A DNA stretch of 63,496 nucleotides, the filler included, from Stramenopiles sp. TOSAG23-2 (taxonomy: Eukaryota), in assembly GCA_900128395.1 (NCBI GenBank). It is 21 parts of 21 records of this genome, joined end to end, with 100 filler letters (N's around TTAATTAATTAA, not from the genome) between each part and the next. Parts side by side here need not be neighbours in the genome. Positions count along the whole stretch, not along the records: positions 33,417 to 36,344 come from LT651458.1; positions 36,445 to 39,368 come from LT651459.1; positions 39,469 to 42,388 come from LT651460.1; positions 42,489 to 45,407 come from LT651461.1; positions 45,508 to 48,425 come from LT651462.1; 16 more parts are not named here. One strand, 5' to 3'. The notes under the pieces were generated by a model. The model was given only the letters and a program-made list of their open reading frames with translations. It ran no database searches and was not told the origin of the DNA. Below are positions 34,351 through 47,875 of this stretch, piece after piece (within the stretch, counting starts at the first letter, position 1; every line of letters starts with the position of its first letter). A program made the position numbers and the translations under genes.

Positions 34351-34854
34351 ATGGCCTATCCATTAAGAGCTACATGTTCCGTTGCACCAGAAGGTAAATC
34401 ATGTGATGGTACTGAAGGAGATACAGGTGTAAGTGGTACTATTACATTTGAACAAACCTCAGCTGATAGTTGTACAGTCTCATGGCATATCACTGGTTTG
34501 ACGCCAGGCAAGCACGGATTCCACATACATGAGTTTGCTGATTTTAGCAATGGTTGCAAAAGTGCTGGTGGGCATTATAATCCATTTGGAAAGAATCATG
34601 GTGCACCTCAAGATGAAGAAAGACACGTTGGTGATTTAGGAAATATTGTTGCAGACGCAAATGGTGTCTCAAAAGGTTCATTGAGTGATCGTCTGATCAA
34701 GTTACATGGTGATACAAGTGTCGTCGGAAGAAGTGTGATGGTACATGCTGGTGAAGATGACCTTGGTACAGGTGGTGATGCTGAAAGTTTAAAGACTGGA
34801 AATGCCGGTGCACGGGTTGCATGTGGGGGTATTTTGTTTGTAGCAAAATTGTAA
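34351..34854 (+). CDS. SOD1: Cu/Zn superoxide dismutase
   Basis: [42 protein letters not shown] and [11 protein letters not shown]; all metal ligands and the disulfide Cys are present. Confidence 0.98.
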   Translation: MAYPLRATCSVAPEGKSCDGTEGDTGVSGTITFEQTSADSCTVSWHITGLTPGKHGFHIHEFADFSNGCKSAGGHYNPFGKNHGAPQDEERHVGDLGNIVADANGVSKGSLSDRLIKLHGDTSVVGRSVMVHAGEDDLGTGGDAESLKTGNAGARVACGGILFVAKL

Positions 34855-36701
34855 GGTAGGATAATTGTACTGCATCTGACTATATATCTGACTATATATA
34901 TATTAACAAAAATATTATTTGATAGTACTGATACGAGGGGGGGAAAAAAGACTATTTACGAGAGTTTATTACTCGTACGTACGAGAGTAAAATTACATTA
35001 TATATATTATTCTCTTACTCATATATTATAAAAAAAATTTGTACTCCCGGAAATTAACATCTCAAACCAAAAATGATTTAAAGACTCATTTATACGCGTA
35101 TAAGCATACGAGTAGTAAATTGTTTAGGATTCAAAAAAGGCTTCCTCTGCATTATACTTGGTATATCATATATATATATAAAATTCTCTTATTTATAAGT
35201 TAAAGCTTTTATTTACTCATGATGTTATATTCACTATATATGTGTAGTTACCAGAAATAATTAATACTATTACCTATCATAACCAGAATTGCATACAATA
35301 AAAGTATTACTCATATATATATATAATAATATATCATATATACGAAGTATAAATGTTTTATTTCAGTATGTAAGATGATACGCCGAAGAGTGCCCTTCTT
35401 TTATACAAAGTTTAAATCATACCAAAAGGTACAATCTCAAATAATAATAATACGGTCGTATGTATTTTAATACCCTGTGATATATTTTTTTTTTACGCTT
35501 TTAATTTCTAGAAAATATTTTTGTCAAATTTTAATTAACACTGTCAATCTTTTTTTTATAATTAAAATCATCATTCTTGATAGTAAAAAATAATTTTTTC
35601 ACTAAGTTTTAGTAAAATATCCTCAAAATTTTATGAACATGTAATAGCGACAAAAATTGAATCAGTTTAATCACCTTTTTTTTCGATCACATTGTTATTA
35701 GTATTGCTATTACTGCAATTGACATTTACTTTATTTTCCTCGTTGTCGCAGGCACCAAATTTGATAAAATTCCATACTCCAGTTCCTTGGACACATATTT
35801 CCTCCCTATGTACAGCATAACGTAATGCATATCGACCTGTATCTAACAAAGTCTTAAAGGTTCAGTAAATTGGCATGACGATAATGATGATATTGATCCT
35901 TTCTCTTTTATTTTTCTAATGACAGAGAGCAGTATCTTGTTTCAACCTGTGTTGATATATTTTAAGTATTTCTAAGGATTATAATTGATATATATTTTGT
36001 TCCATCGAATAATGAAAATACATGATGTAAGAGAGCATAATAGTACGTGCATGATATACCAATTTAGCATATAAATAAAACTTAATGTTATTTATATACT
36101 ATTATAGCAACTATACCTCCATCATCCTCTCTTAACTTTTCTTATAGGTGGTTATTTTATTAGCGTACCGGGTATAGCTACCAGGTATTATTCTTCTGTG
36201 GTACTTCTGTGGTATTTATATTATTTTTTTTCAATTTATTGAATATTAGTAAGCTGGTAAGATATAAAGATACAAAAAAATAAGAAAATACATAGACATA
36301 CATACTATATGTAGAAATAGAATCATCATCAGTCATTTGTATACNNNNNNNNNNNNNNNNNNNNNNNNNNNNNNNNNNNNNNNNNNNNTTAATTAATTAA
36401 NNNNNNNNNNNNNNNNNNNNNNNNNNNNNNNNNNNNNNNNNNNNCAGTAGTACCTGGTATAACAAAAGAATGAAAAAAGAAGAAGAGCACATAAGAAAGA
36501 CATCGAAGTAATAATAAAATAATATTACCATCAATAATTAAAAAATACTAAGATATGGAACAAAAAATATTGAAGGCAAAGAACATATTGTACACATCAA
36601 AAAATTTGTATAATTTTGCAACACTGTGTCAGCGCGCGCGTAAATTTTTATAAGTGGAAACAATAATACTGTTGTACAGAACGATACATACACACATGTA
36701 T

Positions 36702-39368
36702 ATGGATAACAACGACAATAATAACCTATTAGATGTACAAGATTTTGGGCAAAAAGCAGATTTATGTGTACGGATACGTGAAATTTTAAGAAATTATCCA
36801 GAAGGTTCATCTATTTTAAAAGAATTAATACAAAATGCAGATGATGCAGGTGCGACGGAAATATCTTTTGTGCTTGATTTAAGAAAACACAAAAAACAGC
36901 ATTTATGGAGCAAAGGCATGGCATCATTTCAAGGCGATTCACTTTTAGCTTTTAATAATTCAATCTTTACAAAAACAGATTTTCAATCCATTCAAAGAAT
37001 TGGAGATTCTTTAAAAAAATCGACATCAAAAGGTATTAAAACTGGTAGATTTGGTGTCGGCTTCAATTCTGTATACCATTTGACGGATGTCCCACAATTT
37101 GTTAGTGATCGATATGTAGTGATGTTTGACCCACAAGCAACATATTTACCAAATGTAAACCCTGCCAATCCAGGTAAAATTATAGATTTTTTAAAACCAA
37201 ATAGTAAAAAAGCTCTTGAATCGAAGTTACAAGACCAATTTGAGCCTTTGCGAGCATTTGGGAATGATTTTTCAAAACCATTTAAAGGGACGTTATTCCG
37301 TCTTCCATTACGCACGGCTACGAAGGATGGCAAATCAAATAGTCGCTTATCGAAGCAAATTTATTCTAGAAAACGTTTAAAGGAAATTTTAGATGAATTT
37401 TGTCGTAATGCACCGTCCATGTTGTTATTTTTAAAACATATTGAAAAAATATCTGTTGGTATATGGATGGATGATCCGAATGATAAACAACAAAAAAATC
37501 CTAATATATATTTCACAGCAAATGTAGAATCAATGAACCGCCAAATAAAATCGTTAAGAGCATTTGTAACAACGGCTGAAGCTGCAGCAAAGTTAGCAGC
37601 GTCGACGAAAGATGCTGAAGGTATAGCACAGCAACAAGCAGTTGACTATAAATTAAACATTAGATCAAAATGGATAGATAATGTTGATATGAATATACAT
37701 GATAACAATGATGATAACAATGAAAAGAACAATAGCAACGGTAGCACGAAACGACATGGTGATAGTTTTAGTACAGGAATAGAAATAAGTGTATTAGAAC
37801 AATGGATGGTTTGCAACCAATTAGGAGGTGGTCAATCACATTTCATCGCTACTCACGAAGACAATTTACATTTGAAATTAGTACCATGGGCAGGTGTTGC
37901 TGCATTGATCAAACGTGAAGATTCAAACGGTAACTCATTATTAAATCAAGGTAACAATAAAAGCAACTCGAAGCAACAATCCACTACAACTGGGCAAGTA
38001 TATTGTTTCCTACCTTTACCAGTTTTCACAGGGTTGCCTGTGCATATTAATGGATACTTTGAACTGAGTAGTAACCGTCGAGATATTTGGAGTGGTACAG
38101 ATATGGCAGGGGATGGTGCATTACGCGCAAAGTGGAACCAAAGTCTACTAGAAGATGTTGTCGTACCATGTTATACGCGTTTGTTGAATCAAACTGCACA
38201 TTCACTTGGTCACGAACCATACTATCGTAATTTGCTAGATTATTACTTGTTATTTCCATCAAATCATCCAACATTGCCTATCTGGAGAAGCATGATTATT
38301 AAATTTTATGACAGTATCAAAAATATGACATTGTTTTACTCGAAAACGGGTAATGGTCGTTGGATCAATGGACAGCAACAAGCATATTTACCACCATACG
38401 CAAGAGGCGAAGATGGCAATGTAAATACTAATACAGACATGGATGATAATATCACATCTACGAACATAAAAAATCAATTAGAATCTATTTTTATTAAATC
38501 AAAGATTGTAAATATTATACATGGTTTGCCAGCAGATCTATGCGAGACATTGTTGCATTTTCAAGTTATTAAAAAGGTTTTAAATCCAAAAATGGTACGT
38601 GTGCTATTACGCAGTAATGAATTGCGAGACTTTCCTATGCAATTGTTGTTGACAAATAAAAATAATATGAATACCGATAATTATAAAAATAATAACAACA
38701 TTAACAACAAGGAAGAAAATAATAGGTATAAAGATATTATGTTTTTATTGCAATTCTGTATGTCGGATTTAAATGCAAATACGTATGTGGAAATGGATAA
38801 AATTAAATTATTGCCATTATGTGATGGCCATTTAGGTGCCATACATTTACGTGGCCAGATAAATGTTGAAGAGAAACTATTGTTCCAATTACGTGATATG
38901 GGATTTCCTTATCAAATTGCATGGTCTGCTTTACAAAAGCACAAAAATAATATTGAAACATCATCAATGTGGCTATTAGGATTGCAAAACCAGATTACTA
39001 GCAGTAGATCAAATGGCCACTCTGATCATCGAAGTGCATTTCAAGATGAAGCATGGGACGAAGCACCATATTATATATGCTCAGAAATAGAAAATAAATT
39101 GTTAATCGGTGATGCCAGGCGTGCAGTTATTGATATCAATAAATGCCCACCGAGGGTTGAACAAATTTTAAAAAGCAAAATATTTCAACGAGTTATGCAA
39201 ATAGATTTTTTGACACCACAAGCAATGTCCTACTTGATACCAGATGTGTTATCCCCAGAATGGCGAAATGTGTCATTTGTTGATTGGAATGCTGGCGATG
39301 CGAATAATACTAATCGTTCAAATGAAAAACCAACAGTAGAATGGATAGCATTATTTTGGGAATATGTT
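36702..39368 (+). CDS. SACS: Sacsin-like protein, first sacsin repeat (HSP90-like ATPase) (3' partial)
   Basis: DFGQKADLCVRIREILRNYPEG, LKELIQNADDAGA, TGRFGVGFNSVYHLTDVP, GTLFRLPLRT and CFLPLP..TGLPVHINGYFELSSNRR. Confidence 0.92.
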
Positions 39369-39468
39369 NNNNNNNNNNNNNNNNNNNNNNNNNNNNNNNN
39401 NNNNNNNNNNNNTTAATTAATTAANNNNNNNNNNNNNNNNNNNNNNNNNNNNNNNNNNNNNNNNNNNN

Positions 39469-39788
39469 AAGCAAAATCAAAACCATTTGTATATGCAGGT
39501 TTAGGTGGTCAAAAATTACAACGCCAACGCCAACGACCTCCACCAAGACCGGTAAACTCATATAGTAAAAAATATAGTTATAAATCATTAGGCGCTATGA
39601 AGAAATCCAATAATAGTATGGAAAAACCAGCAAGTCCCCAATTACCACCACGGCGCCCAACATCGTATTCATATGATGAAGAGGAGGATAGAGAAAAACG
39701 GAAAGTAGCAAGACGGTTATCAGCTCGTGGTAAAGGTTTATGGCAAAATGTGATAAATGATGAAGGAGATGATGGGATGGAAATTTAA
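39469..39788 (+). CDS. C-terminal fragment of a hypothetical protein (5' partial)
   Basis: Coding-like sequence from the contig edge to the stop at 39788. Confidence 0.35.
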
Positions 39789-39943
39789 AATATTTTTGAA
39801 CCAGAAAAACTCGCATTTAATTATATTTTAAAAAATATTTTTGAATAAAATCTCAATTTTTTTAAAAATTAATTTACGACGTACTACACACCACTTCCTT
39901 ATTTTTCAAAATACGTACTACGTATATATATATATGCATAATT

Positions 39944-42239
39944 TCACACTTCTAATTCACCGCTCAACCGAATATCTTCAATAGATGAACCAACATAAAT
40001 AGAATGTGTCCCATGTATCAATTCCCAATTATGTATATCTGGATTCCAAATTGATAACCATCGACTTGTTACAGTAAATGTCACTTCTTTTTTTTCACCA
40101 TTACGTAATGTCATTTTCTCAAACCCACGCAATTGTTTAAATGGTTCACCCGCACTGTTTGGATATTTTACATACAATTGTACTACTTCAGCACCTAATA
40201 CATCTCCAGTATTTTCAACATCACATGAAATAATTACATCATCATGCTCAACATTATCATGACGAACATTTAAATTACTATATTGAAATGTTGTATAACT
40301 GAGACCATGCCCAAATGGAAATGCAGGTTTTACATTATTTGCTTCATACCAACGATATCCTATTAATAATTCTTCGCTATAGATTGCCTTTGTTGGGGAA
40401 CATGGTTGAAACTTTGCTTCTGGCCGTGCATTAAATGAACATGGCGGGCCTGTTTTATTATCAGGTTTCAATCCAGGGTATTGTGCATATGTCATTTTCA
40501 TTTCATTTGCTATGTTTGGCATTGAATGAGGCATTTTTCCTGATGGATTTACCTCACCAAGTAAAATATCAACTAAACCATTCCCTTCTTGCTCTCCAGG
40601 AAATCCCATATCAATAAAAGCATTTGCATATTCAATCCAACTATGAGTTACAAATGGCCCAGGCGATATAGTGACTACTATCATTTTCTTCTTCTTCTTC
40701 TGATTCTTATTTGTTTCACCCATCAAAACTTTACCAATACTAGATGCAACATCTGATTGGGGCAAGGTAATATTTTCAGGACGATCATGACCTTCGGTAG
40801 AAGATTCAGCTAAAACAATAATAACATAATCTGCTTCTTTTGCAACTTTTATTGCATTATCTATATCTACACCACTTGCATATGTGATTTCAATGTTCTT
40901 CTCATCAATAAAACGAGTATTTAATGCATCTAATATACTAATTGGATGTTTAGGAACAACATTTCCCCTTCCCCCCCCCACCAAATATTGCAGTGCCATT
41001 GTTTGTTCCATTCTTTATTGCACCAGCAGATCCAATAACAGCTATTTTCATGTTGGATGATGGTGAAATAATTATAGGCAATGTTTTATCTTCATTTTTC
41101 AATAAAACACATGTACTAGAAGCTAATTTGCGCGCTAATGCATAATGTTCTGGTGATGTAACATCATTCGAGGGATTATTTTTATTAATAATATCCAAAG
41201 CTCCAATTTGAATCAGAGAATAAATAATTCTAACAGCCTTTTCATTTATCACTTCTTCAGGAACTTCACCGTTTTGTACAGCACTTAGTAACATCGTGCC
41301 AAAATAATCAGCATGTACTGGTGGACCTGGCATTGCAATATCTAATCCACCCAAAGCAGCATCAATTGTTGATCGAGTAGCATCATAATCGCTGCATATC
41401 CAACCTTGAAAGTCATTCCAATCTCGTAAATATGTATTTTGCGTTCGATTATTTTCACATGCATAAATATTATTTACTAGATTATTTGCACACATAAAAC
41501 TTAACGCTTGAGCTTTTACTGCCCCTTCAAATGGCGGAAAATAGATTTCCATCTGTGTCCGCTCATCTAATTCAGCACTAGTAGAATGTCGATCTCCTGG
41601 GCCAAATATATGATCATGCGGCGTTTTATATTTGTAAACGCCTTCTTGGTTATTATTAATGTAATGCTTTACATTTGCAATGACATGTTTTGATTGAATA
41701 CCTTGAATTACTGGCTGTAATAATTGATATCCCAAATATGGATCTTCACCAGAAATATATTCAAAACTACGTCCACCATTTGCAATTCTTGCAATATTAG
41801 CACCAGGTCCAAATTGCACTGTTGCACCTTTCCTATAAAATTCATCCCCCATTGCTTCGCCATATTTATATATTAATGATTTGTCAAATGTATGTGCCAT
41901 ACTTAAACCAGAAGGAAATTGCGTAGAAGTGCCCTGGTATTTTGTTGAAGTTCGAAAACCTTCAGGACCATCATTCATTTTAATTCCAGGTATATTTAAT
42001 CTTTCTATGCCTGGTACGTAACCTATATAACCAAAATTTTTACTTTCTTTTGGATTCCCTTGTAAAATAGAAATTTTCTCTTCTAATGTTAATTGTTCAA
42101 CGAGTTTTACTGCTCTGGTTTTATTGGTGTTGTAGATTTTAGTGGTGCTACTGGTGGTATCAGCAGTAATGCATTTTAAAAATATAATTGATAATAATAA
42201 TAATAATATTTTTTTCATTATTTGAAACTGAGAATGCAT
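39944..42239 (-). CDS. Secreted glycoside hydrolase family 3 beta-glucosidase, split by a 1-nt frameshift in the C9 run at 40971-40979
   Basis: Signal peptide, LTLEEKI, NDGPEGFR, GRSFEYISGEDPYL, VKHY, nucleophile ICSDY, VLLKNE; the second ORF has EGHDR, PGEQEGN, GYRWY, FPFGHGLSYTTF and Fn3-like KQLRGFEK. Removing one G restores FGGGGRGNVVP. Confidence 0.92.
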
Positions 42240-42704
42240 TATTTTAAAACAGAATTGATATATATATATATTTACATGTTTTCTTCACAATTATACACAC
42301 TAAAGTTTATTAATATATTGTAGCAAATTTTATTGGATATATCATAATTCTAGATGTCACATATACATATATATACATATATATATAANNNNNNNNNNNN
42401 NNNNNNNNNNNNNNNNNNNNNNNNNNNNNNNNTTAATTAATTAANNNNNNNNNNNNNNNNNNNNNNNNNNNNNNNNNNNNNNNNNNNNATGTACACTGGA
42501 ATACCACAGATTTTAACTGAAAGGACGTAATCCGCCTTAATATAAAACTTTTTTCACTTTTCACCCTTAAAACACAAAAAATAATGTATGTCGGTGCGCC
42601 CCGCCCGTGTATAGATATGGCTTTTATGGCAGTAGATAAACAGAGAACGTGTGTACTAGTGTGTGTACTGGTTTTGTGTATATATATTGCAAGTAGTGCG
42701 AACA

Positions 42705-45407
42705 ATGGGTGTGAATGGATTGTGGCAATTGATTACCCCGGCAGGGAGACGGATACCAATCAATACATTAGGGGATAAAGTATTGGCAATTGATGCAAGT
42801 ATATGGTTAGTTCAATTTGTGAAAGCCATGCGGGATGAGGAAGGAAAAATGATTGTTAACGCGCATATATTAGGTACGTTCCGGCGTTTATGTCGATTGT
42901 TATTCCACCGTGTACGTCCAGTTTTTGTCTTTGATGGTGGTACACCGCAAATTAAATATCGAACATTAAGAGCAAGAAGACAAGTTCGTGGAAAAGCAGA
43001 ATTTAATGCACATAGAGCAGCACAAAAATTATTATTAAATCAATTAAAAAGAAATCGTTTAAAACTTCAACAAAATAAAAATAATAAAAATAATAATGAT
43101 GATGGTAGTGCAGCAAAAGGATTTGTCGTACCAGAGGATCGATTTACAAGTGTTAACAACAGCAATGGTAATAACAGTAGCAGTAGCAACAACAACAACA
43201 ACAACAACAATAATAATAACAGACCATCCAATGAAACTACAACTACAACTACGACAACTAAAAATAATAATAATAATAATAATAATAATAAACGAGTCAT
43301 TGAATTATCCTCAGATGATGAAGATTCTAGTAGCAGCAGCGATGCTAGCGAAAGTAATCTTTTTGGTAGTGATGATTCCTCTGATGATGGTGCATTTTTA
43401 GATGGGTCTGGTGCACGTGTAATAAAAAAAACTAAACAAAAAAAGAAAAAAAGACGAAGAAAACGATATCGAAAAAAAGAATATCAAATGACATCCATCA
43501 GTAGTATTGCTGATACCAATAATAATAATAATAATAATAATAACAACAACAACAACGATGTAAACAAAGATGCAGTAGTAGAATTGGAAGAGCATACAAA
43601 TGTATGGGATGATGATGAAACTATGTATGCTGGATTAGATACAAATAGACTTGATTTTAATGCATTGAAATCTTTGCCAGAATTAGCTCAAATGAAAGCA
43701 ATACAAAGTGCAAAACGACAATCATTAATGTTAGCACAGCAACAATATAGATCAATAAATGGTGGTCCTTCAACATTTTCCAATGCACAAATGAATAATT
43801 TTATCAAAGGTGCGCAATTTAATGTACAAGTAGAACATCATGTAAAATCATTAAAACCGGATGATAATGTTGGTAAACGTATTGAAGGTGATGAAACTCG
43901 AGAATATGTATTGACAAAAATAAAAGATGATGATGATGATGATAACAATGGTTCAAATAGTAGTAATAATAACAATAATGTTGGAACTACTAGTGGTATT
44001 ATCAATTTGTATGATAATGACAATAATAATAACAATAATAATGGAAATGAACAAAAGAAGAAAAAAGTGACTTTGTATATATCAAAACAAGAGCGGAAAA
44101 AAATATTAGAGAAACAAATGGGATTAAAACAACAAGTTGGTTTAAGTATTGATGATCGTATCAATCGATATATGCGGCGTAACAACAACAACAACAACAA
44201 CAACAATCACAAACTTGAAGCTGAACAAAGTAATATTATTACAATCGATGAAAGTGATAATGAAAAAAATGGTGGTTGGGGTGTTACAAATAGTAGTGAT
44301 GATTCTTCCTATTCGGACAGTGATACAGATGGTAAAAAAAATAAAGATGTAGATGATGGGTGGGATGATGCAAATCTAGTTGATGATGATGATGATGATG
44401 AGTTATGGGAAATGAAGGAGAGTCCAAAGAAACAAAATGTAAAATCAAATAGCCCAAAGAAAATACCACAAACCGTTAATGTTATTGTAAATGAGAATCA
44501 ACAGAAGAAAACTGTGGGAGTCGAACAACAACAGTCAAATAGTTCTACAAATAAGTATGTAGATGTAACACCAATGCATAATCAAATAAAGAAAACAAAT
44601 GATGTTGTGGTAATAGAGAATGTGAATACGATGGGAGCTTTAGAACCACAACAACAGCAGCAGCAGCAGCAGCAGCAGCAACAACGACAACAAATGGTTA
44701 TAGAAATATCATCATCTTCGTCAAATGATGAGGATGATTCTTATACATACGAAAGTGATCGTATTGATGCAGGCGAAAATAACATTGCAGATTTATCAAC
44801 TGAAACAATACTAGATAATGTGCATTCGGCTAACAATGATGGTGAAAAGAAGAATCCAATTGTTGTAGATTTAGCTAGTGAAGAAGATGAAAACGAGGAT
44901 GAAAAAGAAGATGAAAACGAGGATAAAAAAGAGGATGAAAACAAGGATGAAAACGAGGATGAAAAAGAAGATGAAAACCAGGATGAAAACGAGGATGAAA
45001 ACGAGGATGATAAAGATTGCCACAAGAAACCAGTAGATGAAAATATGACTATACCGCCGTCTTCGTCATCAAAAATTGTCACAAGATCCCCCAATAATAA
45101 TAATAACAGCAATAATAACAATGATAATGCTAAAAACAATCCACAAATAATAGATTTAAGTGCAACGACAAGTAAAAAATCAACATCAAAACCACCATCT
45201 CCAACCAAATCTCCAAAACGACAATTGACATTAATGGAGTTACAAAATAAATCAAATACTGGATCCAGTAGTAATAGTAGTAGTAGTAGTAGTAGCAACA
45301 AGAACACCGATAAAAATAACACCACCCCAACTTCAAATATCACCAACAATGACAACATAAATAAAGAACTGTCTAATCTCGCAGAGGAAGATCGAGAATT
45401 ACGACAA
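42705..45407 (+). CDS. ERCC5: XPG/Rad2 nucleotide-excision-repair endonuclease, N domain plus long low-complexity spacer (3' partial)
   Basis: MGVNGLWQLI, LAIDASIWLVQFVKAMRD, NAHILGTFRRLCRLLFHRVRPVFVFDGGTP, FSNAQMNNFI and RIEGDETREYVL. Confidence 0.92.
44880..45012 (+). repeat. Coding 12-bp tandem repeat (EDEN/EDEK) in the XPG spacer
   Basis: About 11 variants of gaggatgaaaac. Confidence 0.8.
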
Positions 45408-45736
45408 NNNNNNNNNNNNNNNNNNNNNNNNNNNNNNNNNNNNNNNNNNNNTTAATTAATTAANNNNNNNNNNNNNNNNNNNNNNNNNNNNNNNNNNNNN
45501 NNNNNNNTATTCTCGAAAAACAATTTTAGAAATTCATGATCATTATTATATAATATTCGACATATATCTTTTTGTGTTGTTATTATCAAATTATTATTAC
45601 TATTATGCAGATCATTATTTGTCATCATCATTTGTTTTTTCATTGTATTTATATCATTTATATTATATTTATAATGATCAGCAAATGTAAATATATTATT
45701 TTCCATGAAATCATTATCATCATCATCATCAACATC

Positions 45737-46876
45737 ATGTTGGTAAAACATGTAATACGTACAATTAGCAAACAAAATCCTGCTACTGGACGATATAATT
45801 TTCCTGGAATTAAGAATACAAATATAAATAATATTGCTGCAACAACAATTACAAATTTTTCATCTTTATGTAATAATATTGACGAGGCAAATGATACGGG
45901 AGTCTCACCTGCAAGACTATTAGCACAAGAAGCGTTAAAATCATTTGCAAGACGTACAGGGACACGAACAATAAGTAGCCAATATGCACTAGGAAATGAA
46001 TTAGGGCGTGGTCGTTTCGGCAGAGTTCAAGAAGCAACCTGTAAACTAACAGGCGATATCGTCGCAGTTAAAACGATTCCAATAGCTAAAGTCTATGATT
46101 TGACTATGTTAGAAAGAGAAATTGATATAAGTAGTAATATCAACCATAAAAATTGTATGAAAACAATTGATACATTAGTTAATAGGAGATATGTACATAT
46201 CATAACAGAAAAAATTGAAGGGGAAGAGCTATTTGATCGCATAGTTGATAGAAGTGATTATACTTTTACGGAGCAAGAGACTGCGTTTGTTATGCACCAA
46301 TTGTTGGAAGCTGTAGAATATTTACATATAAATAACGTAGCACATCGTGATATCAAACCAGAAAATATTATGTTTGAAAATAAAGATAGTTGGAAGTTAT
46401 CCTTGATTGATTTTGGCATGGCAAGTGAATTTGATCCAAATAATAGAATTGGTTCATTGACTGGGCAAGCTGGTAGTCCATCATATGTTGCACCTGAAGT
46501 GATTGATCCTGGTACATATAATAATAAAGCCGATTTATGGAGTTGTGGCGTTATTATGTATATTTTATTATCAGGATCTAGCCCATTTGCTGGAAAAACA
46601 GCTGATGCAACAATGGATTTAATTAAAAGTGGTAACTATTCTATGGATACAGAAGAATGGGATGATGTTTCATCGGAAGCAAAGGAAGTAATTCGTAGAT
46701 TACTTATTGTGGATCCACTAGAACGTGCAAGTGCAACAGAAGCAAAATCATTAAGTTTCTTTGAAGGAATTGATGATACAAATAAATATGTACAAGATGA
46801 AAAAATATTAAATGATTATCACAAGGTTTGGTCTGGAATGGATTTTACCAGGACTAGATCAAGGACATTTGCTTAA
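45737..46876 (+). CDS. CAMK/CDPK-like Ser/Thr protein kinase without EF-hands
   Basis: LGRGRFGRV, VAVK, ELFDRIV, HRDIKPEN, IDFG, GSPSYVAPEV and DLWSCGVIMYILLSG. Confidence 0.92.
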   Translation: MLVKHVIRTISKQNPATGRYNFPGIKNTNINNIAATTITNFSSLCNNIDEANDTGVSPARLLAQEALKSFARRTGTRTISSQYALGNELGRGRFGRVQEATCKLTGDIVAVKTIPIAKVYDLTMLEREIDISSNINHKNCMKTIDTLVNRRYVHIITEKIEGEELFDRIVDRSDYTFTEQETAFVMHQLLEAVEYLHINNVAHRDIKPENIMFENKDSWKLSLIDFGMASEFDPNNRIGSLTGQAGSPSYVAPEVIDPGTYNNKADLWSCGVIMYILLSGSSPFAGKTADATMDLIKSGNYSMDTEEWDDVSSEAKEVIRRLLIVDPLERASATEAKSLSFFEGIDDTNKYVQDEKILNDYHKVWSGMDFTRTRSRTFA

Positions 46877-47686
46877 TACAACTAATAATAATTTTATTGT
46901 AACAATAATTAGACAAAAAAAGTAAAACATGTATAAAAAGAATTGTAAAAATATACACAGTTGGATTTTTCCATATATATATATTACTAATATATCCAAC
47001 AATTTTTGAATGGTAAAATGGAAATTTATATTTTTTAAATACCGATTAATTAAATTAAGAAAGACACGCGTGAAAAAAAAACATTTTGTGAAATAGAGAG
47101 AGAAAGAATTTTTGTATGCCATGTGTGGTGATGTGTAAGTTTTTCAATATTGTTTTACACACACCTAAATACGATAGCAGCACATCTTTTTCTATGATAT
47201 TTGTAAAAAAAAAAACTGAAAAATAAAAAGAGAGTATTAAAAATATACACGACGTGTACATGTAAAAAATAATGTTTTTTTGTAAAAAAGAATTTTCTTT
47301 TATTCGGTGTAAAATATACGAGAAGTAATTGCACATATATATGCATATTACTTCTTCGTATAAAATCTGTATTTTTTTAAAAATATATTATTTTTTAAAA
47401 AATATAAAAATGTAGACTATTATATAGACGACGAATATGATATATTTTTACATGGAAAAATATATTCCGCATTTTTTTTTAGGAAAGTGCTTCGTAATAT
47501 TTTTTAAAAAAATGACCCAACAAAAGTTAAAGCGATATAAACAATATTAAACGGTGCAACGCTAAAAATGATATCATACATATCTGCATATGCATATCAT
47601 ATATGATACTACGATTTATATAAATGTACAAACTGAATCTAATTACCTGCTGGTACACACGTCACACATACACACACACTCATATT

Positions 47687-47875
47687 TTACCTACAAGACT
47701 CGCTACCATGACATTTTACAAATCTCTTCAACATACCTTTCAATTCATTACGTTCATTACTATTTAAATCATTAATAGCATTCTTTAATTGCCATTGATC
47801 TTGATCGATATCATAATATTCTTCAAATGAATCATCATCGTTAAATTGACAATATAAAAAATTATTTGCCAACAT
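47687..47875 (-). CDS. Short hypothetical ORF or first exon
   Basis: MLANNFLYCQFNDDDSFEEYYDID...; several TACCWGGTA motifs lie upstream. Confidence 0.25.
   Translation of the reverse strand: MLANNFLYCQFNDDDSFEEYYDIDQDQWQLKNAINDLNSNERNELKGMLKRFVKCHGSESCR

Noticed and set aside
35667-35945. Possible degraded gene (DTGRYALRY, scramblase-like)
   Set aside because: The match is only a few residues and needs a frameshift; not supportable by eye.
43067-45358. Antisense ORFs rich in poly-Leu/Val/Ser (also 18417, 20721, 23475, 28546, 63144)
   Set aside because: Shadows of AAT/AAC/GAT codon runs in real genes on the other strand or frame.
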